DNA of 64,000 nt, from the NCBI GenBank assembly GCA_963708135.1, contig OY970192.1, positions 2,016,001-2,080,000 on the forward strand, read 5' to 3'. The DNA comes from an uncultured Gemmatimonadales bacterium. Its GTDB lineage: Bacteria > Gemmatimonadota > Gemmatimonadetes > Longimicrobiales > RSA9. The position numbers and the translations under genes were made by a program. Below, piece after piece: positions 8,579-19,471 of this stretch; position 1 is the stretch's first letter; each line of letters starts with the position of its first letter. The notes beneath the pieces were generated by a model. The model saw only the letters and a program-made list of their open reading frames with translations. It made no database searches and was not told the origin of the DNA.

Positions 8579-8607
8579 TTGCGACGGTGGGTGCGGCGGC
8601 CTAAGAT
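8579..8607 (+). promoter_or_regulatory. sigma70-type promoter of the response regulator gene
   Basis: TTGCGA-17 bp-TAAGAT. Confidence 0.55.
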
Positions 8608-8671
8608 CGGGCCGAACTCCGTGCCGCTGCGCCACATCGGCCGGTCCCCGGATCAGACCTGGAGGAAGCGT

Positions 8672-9697
8672 ATGGCGATCGTACCGACGCGGGCGGCTCC
8701 CACGACGCGACGGATCCTGGTGGTGGACGACGAGGCGCGGATCCGGCGGGTCGTCGCGGGACATCTGGCGCGTCGGGGCTTCGAGGTGCTCGAGGCGGGA
8801 AATGCGGCGGAGGCGCTTGTGGCGGCGCAGCGTCCGGCGCAGCCGGTGGACCTGGTGGTGACGGATGTGCACATGCCGGGGATCTCGGGGCTGGAGCTCG
8901 CGCGGCTGCTGCTGTCGCGGGCGCCGCTCAAGCCGGTGGTGGTGATGACGGGTGACGGGGACGAGAAGTTGGCGCGGCGGGTGCTCTCGCAGGGGGCGTC
9001 GGGCTATCTGCTGAAGCCGTTCGAGCTGTTCGAGCTGGACGCGGTGGTGGACCAGGTGCTCTCGCAGCTGTCGCTCGTGGAGGCCACGGAGGACGTGGCG
9101 CGGCGGGAGGCGTCGCGGGCCGGGGCGGACGCGGAGATCGCGGTGCCGCCGGCGTGGCTGCGGGTGGCGGACCAGTACTCCGGCGCGGGGTTGGGGCACG
9201 GCCACCGCGTGGCGCGGATCGCGACGGCGCTGGCGCTGGCGCTGCCGGAGCCCCCGGCCCCGGCCGTGCTGCGGGTCCTGGAGATGGCGGGGCGGGTTCA
9301 CGAGCTGTCGCGGATCGTCAGCTCCGGGGCGGCGGCGGAGGGGCTGTCGGCGCGGACGGCGCAGATCCTCGCGGACCTCGGGCTGGATGCGGAGCTGGTG
9401 GCCGCGGTGCGCCACATGGACGAGCACTGGGACGGCAGCGGTGGCCCGCACGGGCTTGCGGGGAATGCGATCCCGGTGGCGTCGCGGATTCTGGCGGTAG
9501 CGGAGGCCACGGACCGGCAGGCGATGCTCCAGATGGAGCTGGGGCTCTCGCCGGCGGAGGCGGTGGACGCGGCGGTCCAGCACGCCGCAATGCAGTCCGG
9601 CGCGCTGTTCGACCCGGCCGTGTCGAGGGCGCTGGCGGAGGCGAGGGAGACGATCGTCGCCATCTGGAGCCTTCTGGCGGCCTACCTGGAGGACTGA
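8672..9697 (+). CDS. response regulator with REC domain and degenerate HD-GYP-like domain
   Basis: ILVVDDE, VTDVHMPGISG, YLLKPF receiver motifs; HGHRVA...HE...HMDEHWDGSGGPHGLAGNAIPVASRILAVAE; GGAGG RBS before ATG 8672. Confidence 0.85.
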   Translation: MAIVPTRAAPTTRRILVVDDEARIRRVVAGHLARRGFEVLEAGNAAEALVAAQRPAQPVDLVVTDVHMPGISGLELARLLLSRAPLKPVVVMTGDGDEKLARRVLSQGASGYLLKPFELFELDAVVDQVLSQLSLVEATEDVARREASRAGADAEIAVPPAWLRVADQYSGAGLGHGHRVARIATALALALPEPPAPAVLRVLEMAGRVHELSRIVSSGAAAEGLSARTAQILADLGLDAELVAAVRHMDEHWDGSGGPHGLAGNAIPVASRILAVAEATDRQAMLQMELGLSPAEAVDAAVQHAAMQSGALFDPAVSRALAEARETIVAIWSLLAAYLED

Positions 9698-9761
9698 GCG
9701 GCGGCGCGACGCCGGGGGCCCGACGTTTTCGTCGGCCGGCCCGACGATCGTTCCAGTCGAG

Positions 9762-9789
9762 TTGACACGCCCACACGCGCGCGTAGGTT
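9762..9789 (+). promoter_or_regulatory. promoter of the truA-purF run
   Basis: TTGACA-16 bp-TAGGTT, ending 8 nt before GTG 9798. Confidence 0.55.
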
Positions 9790-9797
9790 ACCGCGCC

Positions 9798-10640
9798 GTG
9801 GCGGATCCCCCTGAAAGGCGGTTCCGGCTGACGCTGCACTACGACGGCTCCGCCTTCTTCGGCTGGCAGGTGCAGCCGGAGCTGCGGACGGTGCAGTCGG
9901 AGCTGGAGGCGGTACTCGGCCGGTTGGCCGCGCGTCCGACGGCCGTGGTGGCGGCCGGGAGGACGGATCGCGGTGTGCACGCGACGGGCCAGGTGACCTC
10001 CGCGCTCATGCCGGGCCGTTGGCGCGCGGAGGAGCTGCGGCGCGCGCTGAACGCCCTCCTCCCGGCGGACATGTGGGTAGCCTCGGCGGACGAGGTGGCG
10101 CCGGAGTTCCACGCCCGCTACGACGCGGTGGCGCGGGGCTACACCTACCGCGTCGGCACGGCGGCCGCAGCCGCGTCTCCGTTCGTGCGGCGCTGGTGCT
10201 GGCCACTGGGCGAGGCGCTGGACGCGGGGGTTCTGACGGAGGCGGCGGGTGCGCTGGTCGGGTCGCACTCGTTCCGCTCCTTCGCGAAATCCGGGCAGCC
10301 GGAGCGGGGCGAGCGCTGCACCGTGGTCATGGCGGAGTGGCGACCGTGGCCTGGGCTGGGGCATGCGTTCCACGTCGTGGCGAACCGATTCCTGCACCAC
10401 ATGGTAAGGTATCTGGTGGGCACGGCGGTGGATGCTGCGCGCGGGCGCCGTCCGGTTGCGGACGTCCGGGGGCTGCTCGCCGGCGGGCCGGGTCTGGAGA
10501 CCTCGCCGCCGGCGCCGCCCGGGGGACTTTTCCTGACGCGGGTGTATTACGACAGAGGCGAACTCGAGGCGGGAGCGGGCACGAGCAATGAAGATCTTCC
10601 TGGACTCTTCGGACCTGACGGAGATCCGACGCGCCGTTGA
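9798..10640 (+). CDS. truA: tRNA pseudouridine(38-40) synthase
   Basis: [51 protein letters not shown]. Confidence 0.95.
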   Translation: MADPPERRFRLTLHYDGSAFFGWQVQPELRTVQSELEAVLGRLAARPTAVVAAGRTDRGVHATGQVTSALMPGRWRAEELRRALNALLPADMWVASADEVAPEFHARYDAVARGYTYRVGTAAAAASPFVRRWCWPLGEALDAGVLTEAAGALVGSHSFRSFAKSGQPERGERCTVVMAEWRPWPGLGHAFHVVANRFLHHMVRYLVGTAVDAARGRRPVADVRGLLAGGPGLETSPPAPPGGLFLTRVYYDRGELEAGAGTSNEDLPGLFGPDGDPTRR

Positions 10641-11256
10641 CGCGGGCATGATCGACGGCATCACGACGAACCCCTCGCTGCTCTCGAAGGCGGCGGGCGC
10701 GGAAGGCGATCCGCGCGAGATCCTGTCCGAGATCTGCCGCACGGTCGGCGGGCCGGTGAGCGCCGAGGTGGTGGCGACGGAGACGGAGACGATGCTGCGG
10801 GAGGGCCGCGAGCTGGCGAAGATCGCGGACAACATCGTGGTGAAGGTGCCGCTCACGGAGGCCGGGCTGCGCGCCTGCCGCGGCTTCCGGGCGGAGGACA
10901 TCAACGTGAACGTGACGCTCTGCTTCTCGCCGACGCAGGCGCTGTTCGCGGCCAAGGCGGGCGCCACCTACATCTCGCCGTTCGTGGGCCGGCTGGACGA
11001 CGTTTCCTCCGACGGCATGGCGCTGATCGAGCAGATCGTCCAGATCTACGAGAACTACTCGTTCTCCACGCAGGTTCTGGTGGCCTCGGTGCGGCATCCG
11101 CAGCACGTGGTCCAGGCCGCGCTCCTCGGGGCGGATGTGGCCACGATCCCCGGCAAGGTGCTCTTCCGGCTCCTCGACCATCCGCTCACCGACAGGGGGC
11201 TCGAAGGGTTCCTGGCCGACTGGGAGAAGCTGCCGAAGGAGAGGCAGGGACTCTAG
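10588..11256 (+). CDS. tal: transaldolase (short TalC/Fsa family)
   Basis: [42 protein letters not shown] (Phe variant, transaldolase type). Confidence 0.9.
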   Translation: MKIFLDSSDLTEIRRAVDAGMIDGITTNPSLLSKAAGAEGDPREILSEICRTVGGPVSAEVVATETETMLREGRELAKIADNIVVKVPLTEAGLRACRGFRAEDINVNVTLCFSPTQALFAAKAGATYISPFVGRLDDVSSDGMALIEQIVQIYENYSFSTQVLVASVRHPQHVVQAALLGADVATIPGKVLFRLLDHPLTDRGLEGFLADWEKLPKERQGL

Positions 11257-12732
11257 GTGCGCGGCGGCAACCTCTTCCTGGTCATGCTCGTGACGGGCGG
11301 CCTGGGGGCCGCGGCCGTCGTGGGCGGCCGGCAGCTGCCCCGCCGAGCGGACGCCGTGGCCGGGGACGGCGGCGCGGCGGGCGCGACCACCCGGGCGCCG
11401 CCACCGCCCCCCGCCTTCGGCAGCCTGGACCAGGCCGGCCAGACGGTGGAGACGACCCGTCGCACGGCGATCGTCGAGGCGGCGCGGCGCGTGGCGCCCT
11501 CCGTGGTCAGCGTCAACATCACGAAGCACGAGGCGGTGCAGCCGCACAGCTTCTTCGAGAGCTTCTTCGTGCCGCCCGGCGCGGAGCAGGAGGTGCAGGG
11601 GCTGGGCTCGGGGTTCGTGATCCGCAGCGACGGGCTGATCCTGACCAACGAGCACGTCGTGCGGGGCGCGGAGGAGGTCGTGGTCACGCTGCCGGACGGG
11701 CGGCAGTTCAAGGGCGACGTGGTGGGAGTCGACGACGCCACGGACCTCGCGCTGGTCCGGATCCATCCGGGCTCCTCCCTGCCGGTGGCGCCGCTCGGCA
11801 ACTCCGACAGCCTCATGATCGGCGAGTGGGTGGTGGCGATCGGGAACCCGTTCGGCTACCTGCTCTCCAACACGGAGCCGACCGTGACCGCCGGGGTCGT
11901 GAGCGGCGTCGGCCGCAACATCATCGGCAGCGGCCAGGACCGCGGCTACTACCTCGACATGATCCAGACGGATGCGGCCATCAATCCCGGCAACTCGGGC
12001 GGGCCGCTCACGAACGCGCTCGGGCAGGTGGTCGGCATCAACTCGTCGATCCTCTCGCAGAGCGGCGGCAACGAGGGGCTCGGCTTCGCGATCCCGATCG
12101 ACCGCGCCCGCCGCATCATGGCGGATCTGCTGGCGTACGGGCACGTGCGGCGCGCGTGGGTCGGGCTGGAGGTGGCGCCGGCCCGCCAGACGCCGGAGTG
12201 GGGGAAGCCGCGCGAGGTGCGCATCTCCCACGTCGCGCGCTCCTCGCCCGCGGCCGAGGCCGGGCTCCAGGCCGGCGATGTGGTGCTGCGCGTGGGCGGG
12301 CACCCGGTGCGCACCCCGCTCGACTGGGAGGCGCGCGTATTGGACGCGCGCGTGGACCAGCCGCTGCCGCTGACCGTCTCGGGCGACGGCGGCGTGCGGA
12401 CGGTCCGGCTGGTGCCGCGCGACCTCCCGTCCATGACGGCGGAGCGCGTGAAGGCGCTGTCGGACTTCGAGCTGGTCACGCTCACACCCAGCATCCAGGC
12501 CGAGCGCGGGCTCCAGAGCGACCACGGCGCGCTGATCGTCTCGCTCTCCGACGAGGCGCGGCAGATCGGGCTGCAGGCGGGCGACCTGATCGTGGAGATC
12601 AACCGCTACCCGGTCCGCAGCGCAGAGGACGCCGCGGGGCTCCTCAAGCGGCTCGCCGGGCGCGGCACGATCCGCATGGTGGTCGAGCGGAACGGACAGT
12701 ATGCGTCCGTGTCCTTCTACGCGGGCGGCTGA
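11257..12732 (+). CDS. HtrA/DegP-family serine protease with two PDZ domains
   Basis: GLGSGFVI, LTNEHVV, TDLAL, QTDAAINPGNSGGPL; N-terminal TM. Confidence 0.93.
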   Translation: MRGGNLFLVMLVTGGLGAAAVVGGRQLPRRADAVAGDGGAAGATTRAPPPPPAFGSLDQAGQTVETTRRTAIVEAARRVAPSVVSVNITKHEAVQPHSFFESFFVPPGAEQEVQGLGSGFVIRSDGLILTNEHVVRGAEEVVVTLPDGRQFKGDVVGVDDATDLALVRIHPGSSLPVAPLGNSDSLMIGEWVVAIGNPFGYLLSNTEPTVTAGVVSGVGRNIIGSGQDRGYYLDMIQTDAAINPGNSGGPLTNALGQVVGINSSILSQSGGNEGLGFAIPIDRARRIMADLLAYGHVRRAWVGLEVAPARQTPEWGKPREVRISHVARSSPAAEAGLQAGDVVLRVGGHPVRTPLDWEARVLDARVDQPLPLTVSGDGGVRTVRLVPRDLPSMTAERVKALSDFELVTLTPSIQAERGLQSDHGALIVSLSDEARQIGLQAGDLIVEINRYPVRSAEDAAGLLKRLAGRGTIRMVVERNGQYASVSFYAGG

Positions 12733-12735
12733 GGG

Positions 12736-14190
12736 ATGTCCGAGCCGAGCGGCCCCGCGCTACCCACCCGCTATCAAAACCCGCTGGTCGAGCGCTACGC
12801 GTCCGAGGAGATGAGCCGGATCTTCTCCCCGGCCTTCAAGTTCCCGATGTGGCGTCGGCTCTGGCTGGCGCTCGCGGAGTCGGAGCGCGAGCTGGGGATC
12901 GACATTCCGGACGCCGCCATCGAGGACATCCGCGCTCATCTCGATGACATCGACCTCGCGCGGGCGGCGGAGCTCGAGCGACGCTTCCGCCACGACGTGA
13001 TGGCGCACGTCCACCTGCTGGGCGAGGCGGCGCCGGCGGCCCGTGGCGTGATCCACCTCGGCGCGACGAGCGCCTTCGTCACCGACAACGCCGAGCTGCT
13101 CCAGCACCGCGAGGCGCTCCGGCTGGTGGCGGCGCGCCTCGTCGCCTGCATCCGGGCGCTGGCGGACTTCGCGCGCGCCTGGCGCGACCTGCCCACCCTC
13201 GGCTACACGCACTTCCAGCCGGCGCAGCCCACGACCGTGGGCAAGCGGGCCACCCTATGGATCCAGGACCTGCTGCTGGACCTCGAGGAGGTGGAGCACC
13301 GGCTCGCGTCCATGCGCTTCCGCGGCGTGCGCGGCACGACCGGGACGGAGGCGTCCTTCCTCGAGCTCTTCGACGGCGACCACGCGAAGGTGCGGGAGCT
13401 GGGACGCCGCGTCGCCGCGAAGATGGGCATGGAGCGCCTGTACGCCGTGACCGGACAGACGTATCCGCGCAAGGCGGACTACGCGTTCCTGTCCACGCTG
13501 GCCGGCATCGCCGCCTCCGCGTCGAAGTTCGCCCACGACCTGCGCCTGCTCGCCCACCTGCGCGAGGTCGAGGAGCCGTTCGAGGCGGAGCAGATCGGCT
13601 CGTCGGCCATGGCGTACAAGCGCAACCCGATGCGGGCGGAGCGGATCACCGCGCTCGCGCGCCACGTCATGACGCTCTCGCTCGACCCGGCCTTCACCGC
13701 GGCCACGCAGTGGCTGGAACGGACCCTGGACGACTCGGCAAACCGGAGGATCGCGGTGCCGGAGGCCTACCTGGCCACGGACGCCGCGCTGCTGATCGTG
13801 CACAACGTGGCCGGCGGCCTGATCGTGCGGCCGGCGGTGGTGCGGCGGCACCTGGAGGAGGAGCTGCCGTTCATGGCCACGGAGGCGATCCTCATGCGGG
13901 CGGTTTCGCGGGGTGGCGATCGCCAGGCGCTGCACGAGCGGATCCGGCGGCACTCGCTGGCGGCGGCGGACCGGCTGAAGGAGGGCGGGACGAACGACCT
14001 GGTGGCGCGCATCTCGGGGGATCCAGGCTTCGCCCTGAGCGGCGAGGAGCTCGCGGCTGCGCTGGACCCCTCGCGCCATGTCGGGCGGGCGCCGCAGCAG
14101 GTGGACGCGTTTCTCGAGGAGGCCGTCGAGCCGGCGCTCCGGCGCTGGAGCGAGGTGGCCCGGAGTGGACCCCCGGAGCTGAGGGCCTGA
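12736..14190 (+). CDS. purB: adenylosuccinate lyase
   Basis: [47 protein letters not shown]. Confidence 0.95.
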   Translation: MSEPSGPALPTRYQNPLVERYASEEMSRIFSPAFKFPMWRRLWLALAESERELGIDIPDAAIEDIRAHLDDIDLARAAELERRFRHDVMAHVHLLGEAAPAARGVIHLGATSAFVTDNAELLQHREALRLVAARLVACIRALADFARAWRDLPTLGYTHFQPAQPTTVGKRATLWIQDLLLDLEEVEHRLASMRFRGVRGTTGTEASFLELFDGDHAKVRELGRRVAAKMGMERLYAVTGQTYPRKADYAFLSTLAGIAASASKFAHDLRLLAHLREVEEPFEAEQIGSSAMAYKRNPMRAERITALARHVMTLSLDPAFTAATQWLERTLDDSANRRIAVPEAYLATDAALLIVHNVAGGLIVRPAVVRRHLEEELPFMATEAILMRAVSRGGDRQALHERIRRHSLAAADRLKEGGTNDLVARISGDPGFALSGEELAAALDPSRHVGRAPQQVDAFLEEAVEPALRRWSEVARSGPPELRA

Positions 14191-14193
14191 CGG

Positions 14194-15147
14194 ATGAGTG
14201 GAACCCCGATCGCGCGCACTTCCCTGCCCTTCCCGCTGGTCGCGCGTGGGAAGGTGCGCGACGTCTACGAGGTAGGCGCGGACCGGTTGCTCATCGTCGC
14301 GACGGACCGGATCAGCGCCTTCGACGTGGTGCTCCCGCAGCCGATTCCGTTCAAGGGGCAGGTGCTGACGCAGGTCACGGCGTGGTGGCTCTCGCGCATG
14401 GCCGATCTGAGCCCGCACCACCTGATCGCGCTCGAGCCGGAGGAGATCGTGTCCGCGGTCCCGCGCCTCGACGAGCACCGCGCGGAGTGGGAAGGGCGGG
14501 CGATGCTGGTTCGGCGGACCCGACCCTTCCCCGTGGAGTGCGTCGTCCGCGGCTACCTTTCGGGCTCGGCGTGGAAGGAGTACCGGCAGGCCGCCACGCT
14601 CGCCGGCGAGCCGATGCCCGCGGGGCTGGTGGAGAGCGCACGGCTGGAGGCCCCGATCTTCTCGCCCGCGACGAAGGCGGAGAGCGGGCACGACCAGAAC
14701 ATCACCTTCGGCGACGTGAGCGCCCGCCTGGGCGCCGAGATCGCCGAGGAGCTCCGGCGCCGGAGCCTCGCCCTCTACGCACGCGGCCGGGACATCGCCG
14801 AGGAGGCAGGCGTCATCATCGCCGACACGAAGTTCGAGTTCGGCCAGCTCCCCGATGGCCGGATCCTCCTGATCGACGAGGTGCTGACGCCGGACTCCTC
14901 CCGCTTCTGGCCGAGGGAGAGCTACTCGCCCGGACGCGGGCAGCCCTCGCTCGACAAGCAGCCGGTGCGCGACTTCCTGGAAGGGCTCGTCCGGGAGGGG
15001 CGCTGGAACCGCGAGCCGCCGGCGCCGGACCTGCCCGGCGCCGTGGTGCAGGCGACGACGGCGCGCTACCTCACCCTCTACCGCCGCCTCACGGGCCGGG
15101 AGCTGCCCGGCGCCCCCGCGGCGGCGGCCGTGCCGGGGGGTCCATGA
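14194..15147 (+). CDS. purC: SAICAR synthetase
   Basis: RGKVRDVY, ATDRISAFD, ECVVRGYLSGS, ADTKFEFG, DEVLTPDSSRFW, DKQPVRD. Confidence 0.96.
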   Translation: MSGTPIARTSLPFPLVARGKVRDVYEVGADRLLIVATDRISAFDVVLPQPIPFKGQVLTQVTAWWLSRMADLSPHHLIALEPEEIVSAVPRLDEHRAEWEGRAMLVRRTRPFPVECVVRGYLSGSAWKEYRQAATLAGEPMPAGLVESARLEAPIFSPATKAESGHDQNITFGDVSARLGAEIAEELRRRSLALYARGRDIAEEAGVIIADTKFEFGQLPDGRILLIDEVLTPDSSRFWPRESYSPGRGQPSLDKQPVRDFLEGLVREGRWNREPPAPDLPGAVVQATTARYLTLYRRLTGRELPGAPAAAAVPGGP

Positions 15148-16064
15148 ACACCCGCCTGCAGCGGGGCGTCATCATCATCCCGAACGCCTTCACGCTCGGG
15201 AATCTCTTCTTCGGCATCTGGGCGATCGTGGCCGCCTCGCGCGGGCAGTTCGAGCAGGCCGCGTGGCTGATCGTGATCGCGGGCGCCGCGGATACCATGG
15301 ACGGCCGCGTGGCCCGGGTCACCAAGACCGGCAGCAAGTTCGGCGAGGAGCTCGACTCGCTCGTGGACGCGGTGAGCTTCGGCGTGGCGCCCGGCTTCAT
15401 CATGTACCACCTGTTCCTGAAGGACGAGCGGTTCGCCTGGATCGCCGTCTTCTTCTACGTGACCGGGGCGGTGGTCCGGCTGGCCCGCTTCAACGTCGAG
15501 CAGGCGGGGCACGCCAAGGTGTCCTTCCACGGGCTGCCGTCGCCGTCGGCCGGGATGACGCTGGCCACCTTCTATCCGTTCAGTCAGACCGCCTTCTTCC
15601 AGGAGCACCTGGCCGCCTTCCCGTGGCCGGTGATCATGACCGGCATGATGGTCGTCATCGCCGTCCTGATGATGAGCCACCTGCTCTACCCGGTGGTGCC
15701 CAAGTTCGGCTTCCACAGCGTGCGCGGCGTCGTCACGCTGGCGTTCATGCTGGCCTTCATCTTCGCGGCCTTCACGATCCCCAGCCTGCTCTTCTTCCCG
15801 GCGCTGGTCCTCTACATCGCCTACGGCGTGGTGAAGGCGCTGGTGCTCGGCTTCCTCGACCGCCTGCCGGACGAGGATCTGCTGCTGGACGAGGAGCCCG
15901 ACGAGGCGGGCGCCGAGCTGCGCGAGATCGACTACACCGAGCTGAACGCCAGCCCGCCCGTCCGGCTGCGGCGCGAGGCGCGGCCGGGCCCCGGCGGAGC
16001 GGCCGGCGCGGGCCGGCGCGGGCCCTCTAACCACCCGTGCGGCGACGGGGAGGAGAACGAGTGA
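15144..16064 (+). CDS. pssA: CDP-diacylglycerol--serine O-phosphatidyltransferase
   Basis: [18 protein letters not shown]...[21 protein letters not shown]-alcohol motif, RLARFN, FHGLPSP; ATGA overlap with purC. Confidence 0.9.
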   Translation: MNTRLQRGVIIIPNAFTLGNLFFGIWAIVAASRGQFEQAAWLIVIAGAADTMDGRVARVTKTGSKFGEELDSLVDAVSFGVAPGFIMYHLFLKDERFAWIAVFFYVTGAVVRLARFNVEQAGHAKVSFHGLPSPSAGMTLATFYPFSQTAFFQEHLAAFPWPVIMTGMMVVIAVLMMSHLLYPVVPKFGFHSVRGVVTLAFMLAFIFAAFTIPSLLFFPALVLYIAYGVVKALVLGFLDRLPDEDLLLDEEPDEAGAELREIDYTELNASPPVRLRREARPGPGGAAGAGRRGPSNHPCGDGEENE

Positions 16065-16321
16065 ACGAGTACCGCGCCGAGGTGCGCGTCACCCCCCGCC
16101 AGGGGCTGCTCGATCCGCAGGGGCACGCGATCGAAGGGGCCCTGCGCTCGCTGGAGTTCACCGAGGTCGAGGCCGTCCGCGTGGGCCGCCTCATCCGGCT
16201 GCGGCTCCGCGCCGCCGGGGCGGCCGCCGCCGAGGCTCGCGTGGACGAGATGTGCCGGCAGCTCCTGGCCAACCCCGTGACCGAAGACTACGACATCCGG
16301 ATCGAGGCGGAGGCGTCGTGA
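16061..16321 (+). CDS. purS: FGAM synthase subunit PurS
   Basis: [24 protein letters not shown] start overlapping the pssA stop. Confidence 0.93.
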   Translation: MNEYRAEVRVTPRQGLLDPQGHAIEGALRSLEFTEVEAVRVGRLIRLRLRAAGAAAAEARVDEMCRQLLANPVTEDYDIRIEAEAS

Positions 16322-17127
16322 TGCGCGTCGCCGTGGTGACGTTTCCCGGCTCCAACTGCGATTACGACAGCTACCGCGCCGCCCGCGACGTGCTGGGCGC
16401 GGATGTCTGCTACGTCTGGCATCGCGACCACGACCTGCGCGACCCCGACCTGGTCATCCTCCCCGGCGGCTTCAGCTACGGCGATTACCTGCGCGCCGGC
16501 GCCATTGCCCGCTTCAGCCCCGTCATGCGCGAGGTGACCGCCTTCGCTCGCGCCGGCGGCCCCGTGCTGGCCATCTGCAACGGGTTCCAGATTGCCTGCG
16601 AGGCCGGCCTCCTGCCGGGCGCCCTCGTGCGCAACGCATCGCTCCAGTTCCGCGGCGAGACGGTGCGGATCCGCGTCGAGACCACCGGGACCGCGTTCAC
16701 CTCGGGCTACCGTCCGGGGCAGGTGCTGCGCGTCCCGATCGCCCACGGCGAGGGGAACTACGTGGCAGATGAAGCCACGCTGGACGCGCTCGAGGCGGAG
16801 GGCCGCGTCGTCTTCCGCTACGTGGACGAGGCCGGCGCGCCGACCGCCGCCGCCAACCCGAACGGCGCCGCCCGCAACATCGCGGGCATCGTGAGCGCGG
16901 AGGGGAACGTGCTCGGGCTCATGCCACACCCGGAGCGGGCGTGCGAGGCGCTGCTCGGCTCCACGGACGGCCGCGGCATCTTCGAGTCGATCGGCGCCGC
17001 GCTGGCGGACCGGACCGCCGGGCGCACGCCAGGGTCGCGGGAGGCGCCCGGAAGCACGCGCGGGGCGGCCAGCGCGCACCCGCTCGGCGACCGGAACGCA
17101 CGCGAGCAGGGGAGCGGAATCCGATGA
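16321..17127 (+). CDS. purQ: FGAM synthase glutaminase subunit PurQ
   Basis: [44 protein letters not shown]. Confidence 0.96.
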   Translation: MRVAVVTFPGSNCDYDSYRAARDVLGADVCYVWHRDHDLRDPDLVILPGGFSYGDYLRAGAIARFSPVMREVTAFARAGGPVLAICNGFQIACEAGLLPGALVRNASLQFRGETVRIRVETTGTAFTSGYRPGQVLRVPIAHGEGNYVADEATLDALEAEGRVVFRYVDEAGAPTAAANPNGAARNIAGIVSAEGNVLGLMPHPERACEALLGSTDGRGIFESIGAALADRTAGRTPGSREAPGSTRGAASAHPLGDRNAREQGSGIR

Positions 17128-19460
17128 GCGCCGACGCGCCCGGCGTCGCCCGAACGGCACCCCTGCCCCGCGCCGGGGATCCCGAGGTCACGCCGGAGCT
17201 GGTCCGGGAGCACGGCCTCTCCGAGGACGAGTACGCGCGCATCCTCGAGGTGCTCGGGCGCACGCCGACCTACACCGAGCTGGGCGTCTTCAGCGCGCTC
17301 TGGTCGGAGCACTGCGGCTACAAGAACTCGAAGCCGCTGCTCCGCACACTCCCGACGAAGGCGCCGTGGGTTCTCCAGGGCCCGGGTGAGAACGCGGGCG
17401 TCATCGACATCGGCGAGGGCTGGGCCGTCGCCTTCAAGATCGAGTCGCACAACCACCCCTCGGCCGTGGAGCCCTACCAGGGCGCCGCCACGGGCGTGGG
17501 CGGCATCCTGCGCGACGTCTTCACCATGGGCGCCCGGCCGATCGCGGTGCTGGACTCGCTGCGCTTCGGCTCGCTCGCGCGCCCGCGCGTACGCTACCTC
17601 TTCGCGGGGGTGGTCAAGGGCATCGGCGACTACGGCAACTGCGTGGGCATTCCGAACATCGGCGGCGAAGTCTGGTTCGACGACGCCTACGAGGGCAACC
17701 CGCTCGTGAACGCGATGGCGATCGGACTCCTGAGGAAGGAGGAGCTGATCCGCGCGGAGGCCACGGGCGTCGGCAACCCGATCCTGGCGGTCGGGGCGCG
17801 CACGGGCCGGGATGGCATCCACGGCGCCACGTTCGCCTCCGAGGAGCTGGGCGAGGCGTCGGAGGCGCGGCGCCCGCAGGTCCAGGTGGGGGACCCGTTC
17901 ACGGAGAAGCTGCTCCTCGAGGCCTCGCTCGAGCTGATCGCGAGCGGCCACATCGTCGGGATCCAGGACATGGGCGCCGCGGGCCTCGCCTCCTCGTCCA
18001 CGGAGATGGCCGCGCGCGCGGGGACCGGCGTGGACATCGACACCTCGCTCGTGCCGGTGCGCGAGGAGGGAATGACGCCGTACGAGATCCTGCTCTCCGA
18101 GTCGCAGGAGCGGATGCTCGTGGTGGCGAAGGTCGGCCACGAGGGCGAGGTCGAGAAGATCCTGAACAAGTGGGAGCTGGAGGCGGCGGTCATCGGCCGC
18201 GTGACGGACGACGGTCTCTACCGCGTGCGCGAGGGCGGCGTCGTGGTCTGCGAGGTGCCGGGCGAGCCGCTCGTGACCGGTTGTCCGACCTACGTCCGCG
18301 AGGCCCGCGAGGCGGAGGAGCCGCGCCGGCTGCGCGCGTGGAATCCGATGGAGCTGGAAGGCGACGGCGGCCCCGCACATTCCGCGCGCGTCCTGCTCCG
18401 GCTGCTCGGCTCGCCGAACATCGCCTCCAAGGCCTGGGTCCACCGGCAGTACGACTCGACGGTGCGGACCAACACCGTCGAGGGCCCCGGCGGCGATGCC
18501 GGGGTGCTGCGCATCCGAGGCACCGCCAAGGGGATCGCCGCCACCGTGGACTGCAACGGCCGCTACACGTACCTGAATCCGCGCCGCGGCGGCAGCATCG
18601 CCGTGGCGGAGGCGGCCCGCAACCTCGTCTGCGTGGGCGCCCGGCCGCGCGCCGTGACGGACAACCTGAACTTCGGCAACCCGCTGAAGCCGGAGGTCTA
18701 CCACCAGCTCAGGGAAGCCGTGGCGGGGATCGCCGAGGCGTGCGAGCGCTTCGGGACCCCGGTGGTCAGCGGCAACGTCTCGCTCTACAACGAGAACCCC
18801 TCCGGCGCCATCTACCCGACGCCGGTCATCGGCATGGTGGGCGTGCTGGAGGACGTCACGACGCACGTCGGCTCCGCCTTCCGCGACGCCGGCGACGCAC
18901 TGGTCCTGCTGGGCCGGAACACCGGCGAGCTGGGCGGGTCCGAGTACCTGAAGGTCGTGCACGGCCGGGTCGGCGGGGACGCGCCCGCCGTGGACCTGGA
19001 TGCCGAGAAGGCGCTGCAGGAGGCAATGCTCGAGCTCGCCGACGCCCGCTTGCTGCAGAGCGCCCACGACTGCGCCGAGGGCGGCCTGGCCGTCTGCCTC
19101 GCCGAGAGCGCGATCCGCGACGGCGAGCGGCTCCTGGGCGTCGACGTCGTCCTCGACGACGATCTGCACGCCGCGCCGCTGCTGTTCGGCGAGGCGCAGG
19201 GCCGCATCGTCGTCTCGTGCGCCCCGGCCCGGGTGGACGAGGTGCTGGCGCTCGCCCAGCGGCGCGGAGTCCCCGCGGCGAGGATCGGGACGGTGGGCGA
19301 GCAAGGCGGCGTCTTCCGGGTGCGCACCCGTCGCGGCGTCGCCATCGAGCTCGCGGTGGCGGACCTCGACGAGGTCTGGCGGACGGCGATCCCGCGCGCG
19401 ATGGACCGTTCGCCCGCCGCCGTCGAGGTGAACGTGGAGCATCCGGCCATGCCGAGATAG
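17124..19460 (+). CDS. purL: FGAM synthase subunit PurL
   Basis: [47 protein letters not shown]. Confidence 0.97.
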   Translation: MSADAPGVARTAPLPRAGDPEVTPELVREHGLSEDEYARILEVLGRTPTYTELGVFSALWSEHCGYKNSKPLLRTLPTKAPWVLQGPGENAGVIDIGEGWAVAFKIESHNHPSAVEPYQGAATGVGGILRDVFTMGARPIAVLDSLRFGSLARPRVRYLFAGVVKGIGDYGNCVGIPNIGGEVWFDDAYEGNPLVNAMAIGLLRKEELIRAEATGVGNPILAVGARTGRDGIHGATFASEELGEASEARRPQVQVGDPFTEKLLLEASLELIASGHIVGIQDMGAAGLASSSTEMAARAGTGVDIDTSLVPVREEGMTPYEILLSESQERMLVVAKVGHEGEVEKILNKWELEAAVIGRVTDDGLYRVREGGVVVCEVPGEPLVTGCPTYVREAREAEEPRRLRAWNPMELEGDGGPAHSARVLLRLLGSPNIASKAWVHRQYDSTVRTNTVEGPGGDAGVLRIRGTAKGIAATVDCNGRYTYLNPRRGGSIAVAEAARNLVCVGARPRAVTDNLNFGNPLKPEVYHQLREAVAGIAEACERFGTPVVSGNVSLYNENPSGAIYPTPVIGMVGVLEDVTTHVGSAFRDAGDALVLLGRNTGELGGSEYLKVVHGRVGGDAPAVDLDAEKALQEAMLELADARLLQSAHDCAEGGLAVCLAESAIRDGERLLGVDVVLDDDLHAAPLLFGEAQGRIVVSCAPARVDEVLALAQRRGVPAARIGTVGEQGGVFRVRTRRGVAIELAVADLDEVWRTAIPRAMDRSPAAVEVNVEHPAMPR

Positions 19461-19471
19461 GATCTGCGGTC

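Noticed and set aside
13257..16064. Apparent long N-terminal extensions or fusions in the ORF track (pssA 935 aa, purF 893 aa, murC 820 aa, ftsA 676 aa, murG 762 aa)
   Set aside because: The extensions overlap upstream genes in another frame; family N-termini and stop/start overlaps define the shorter starts.
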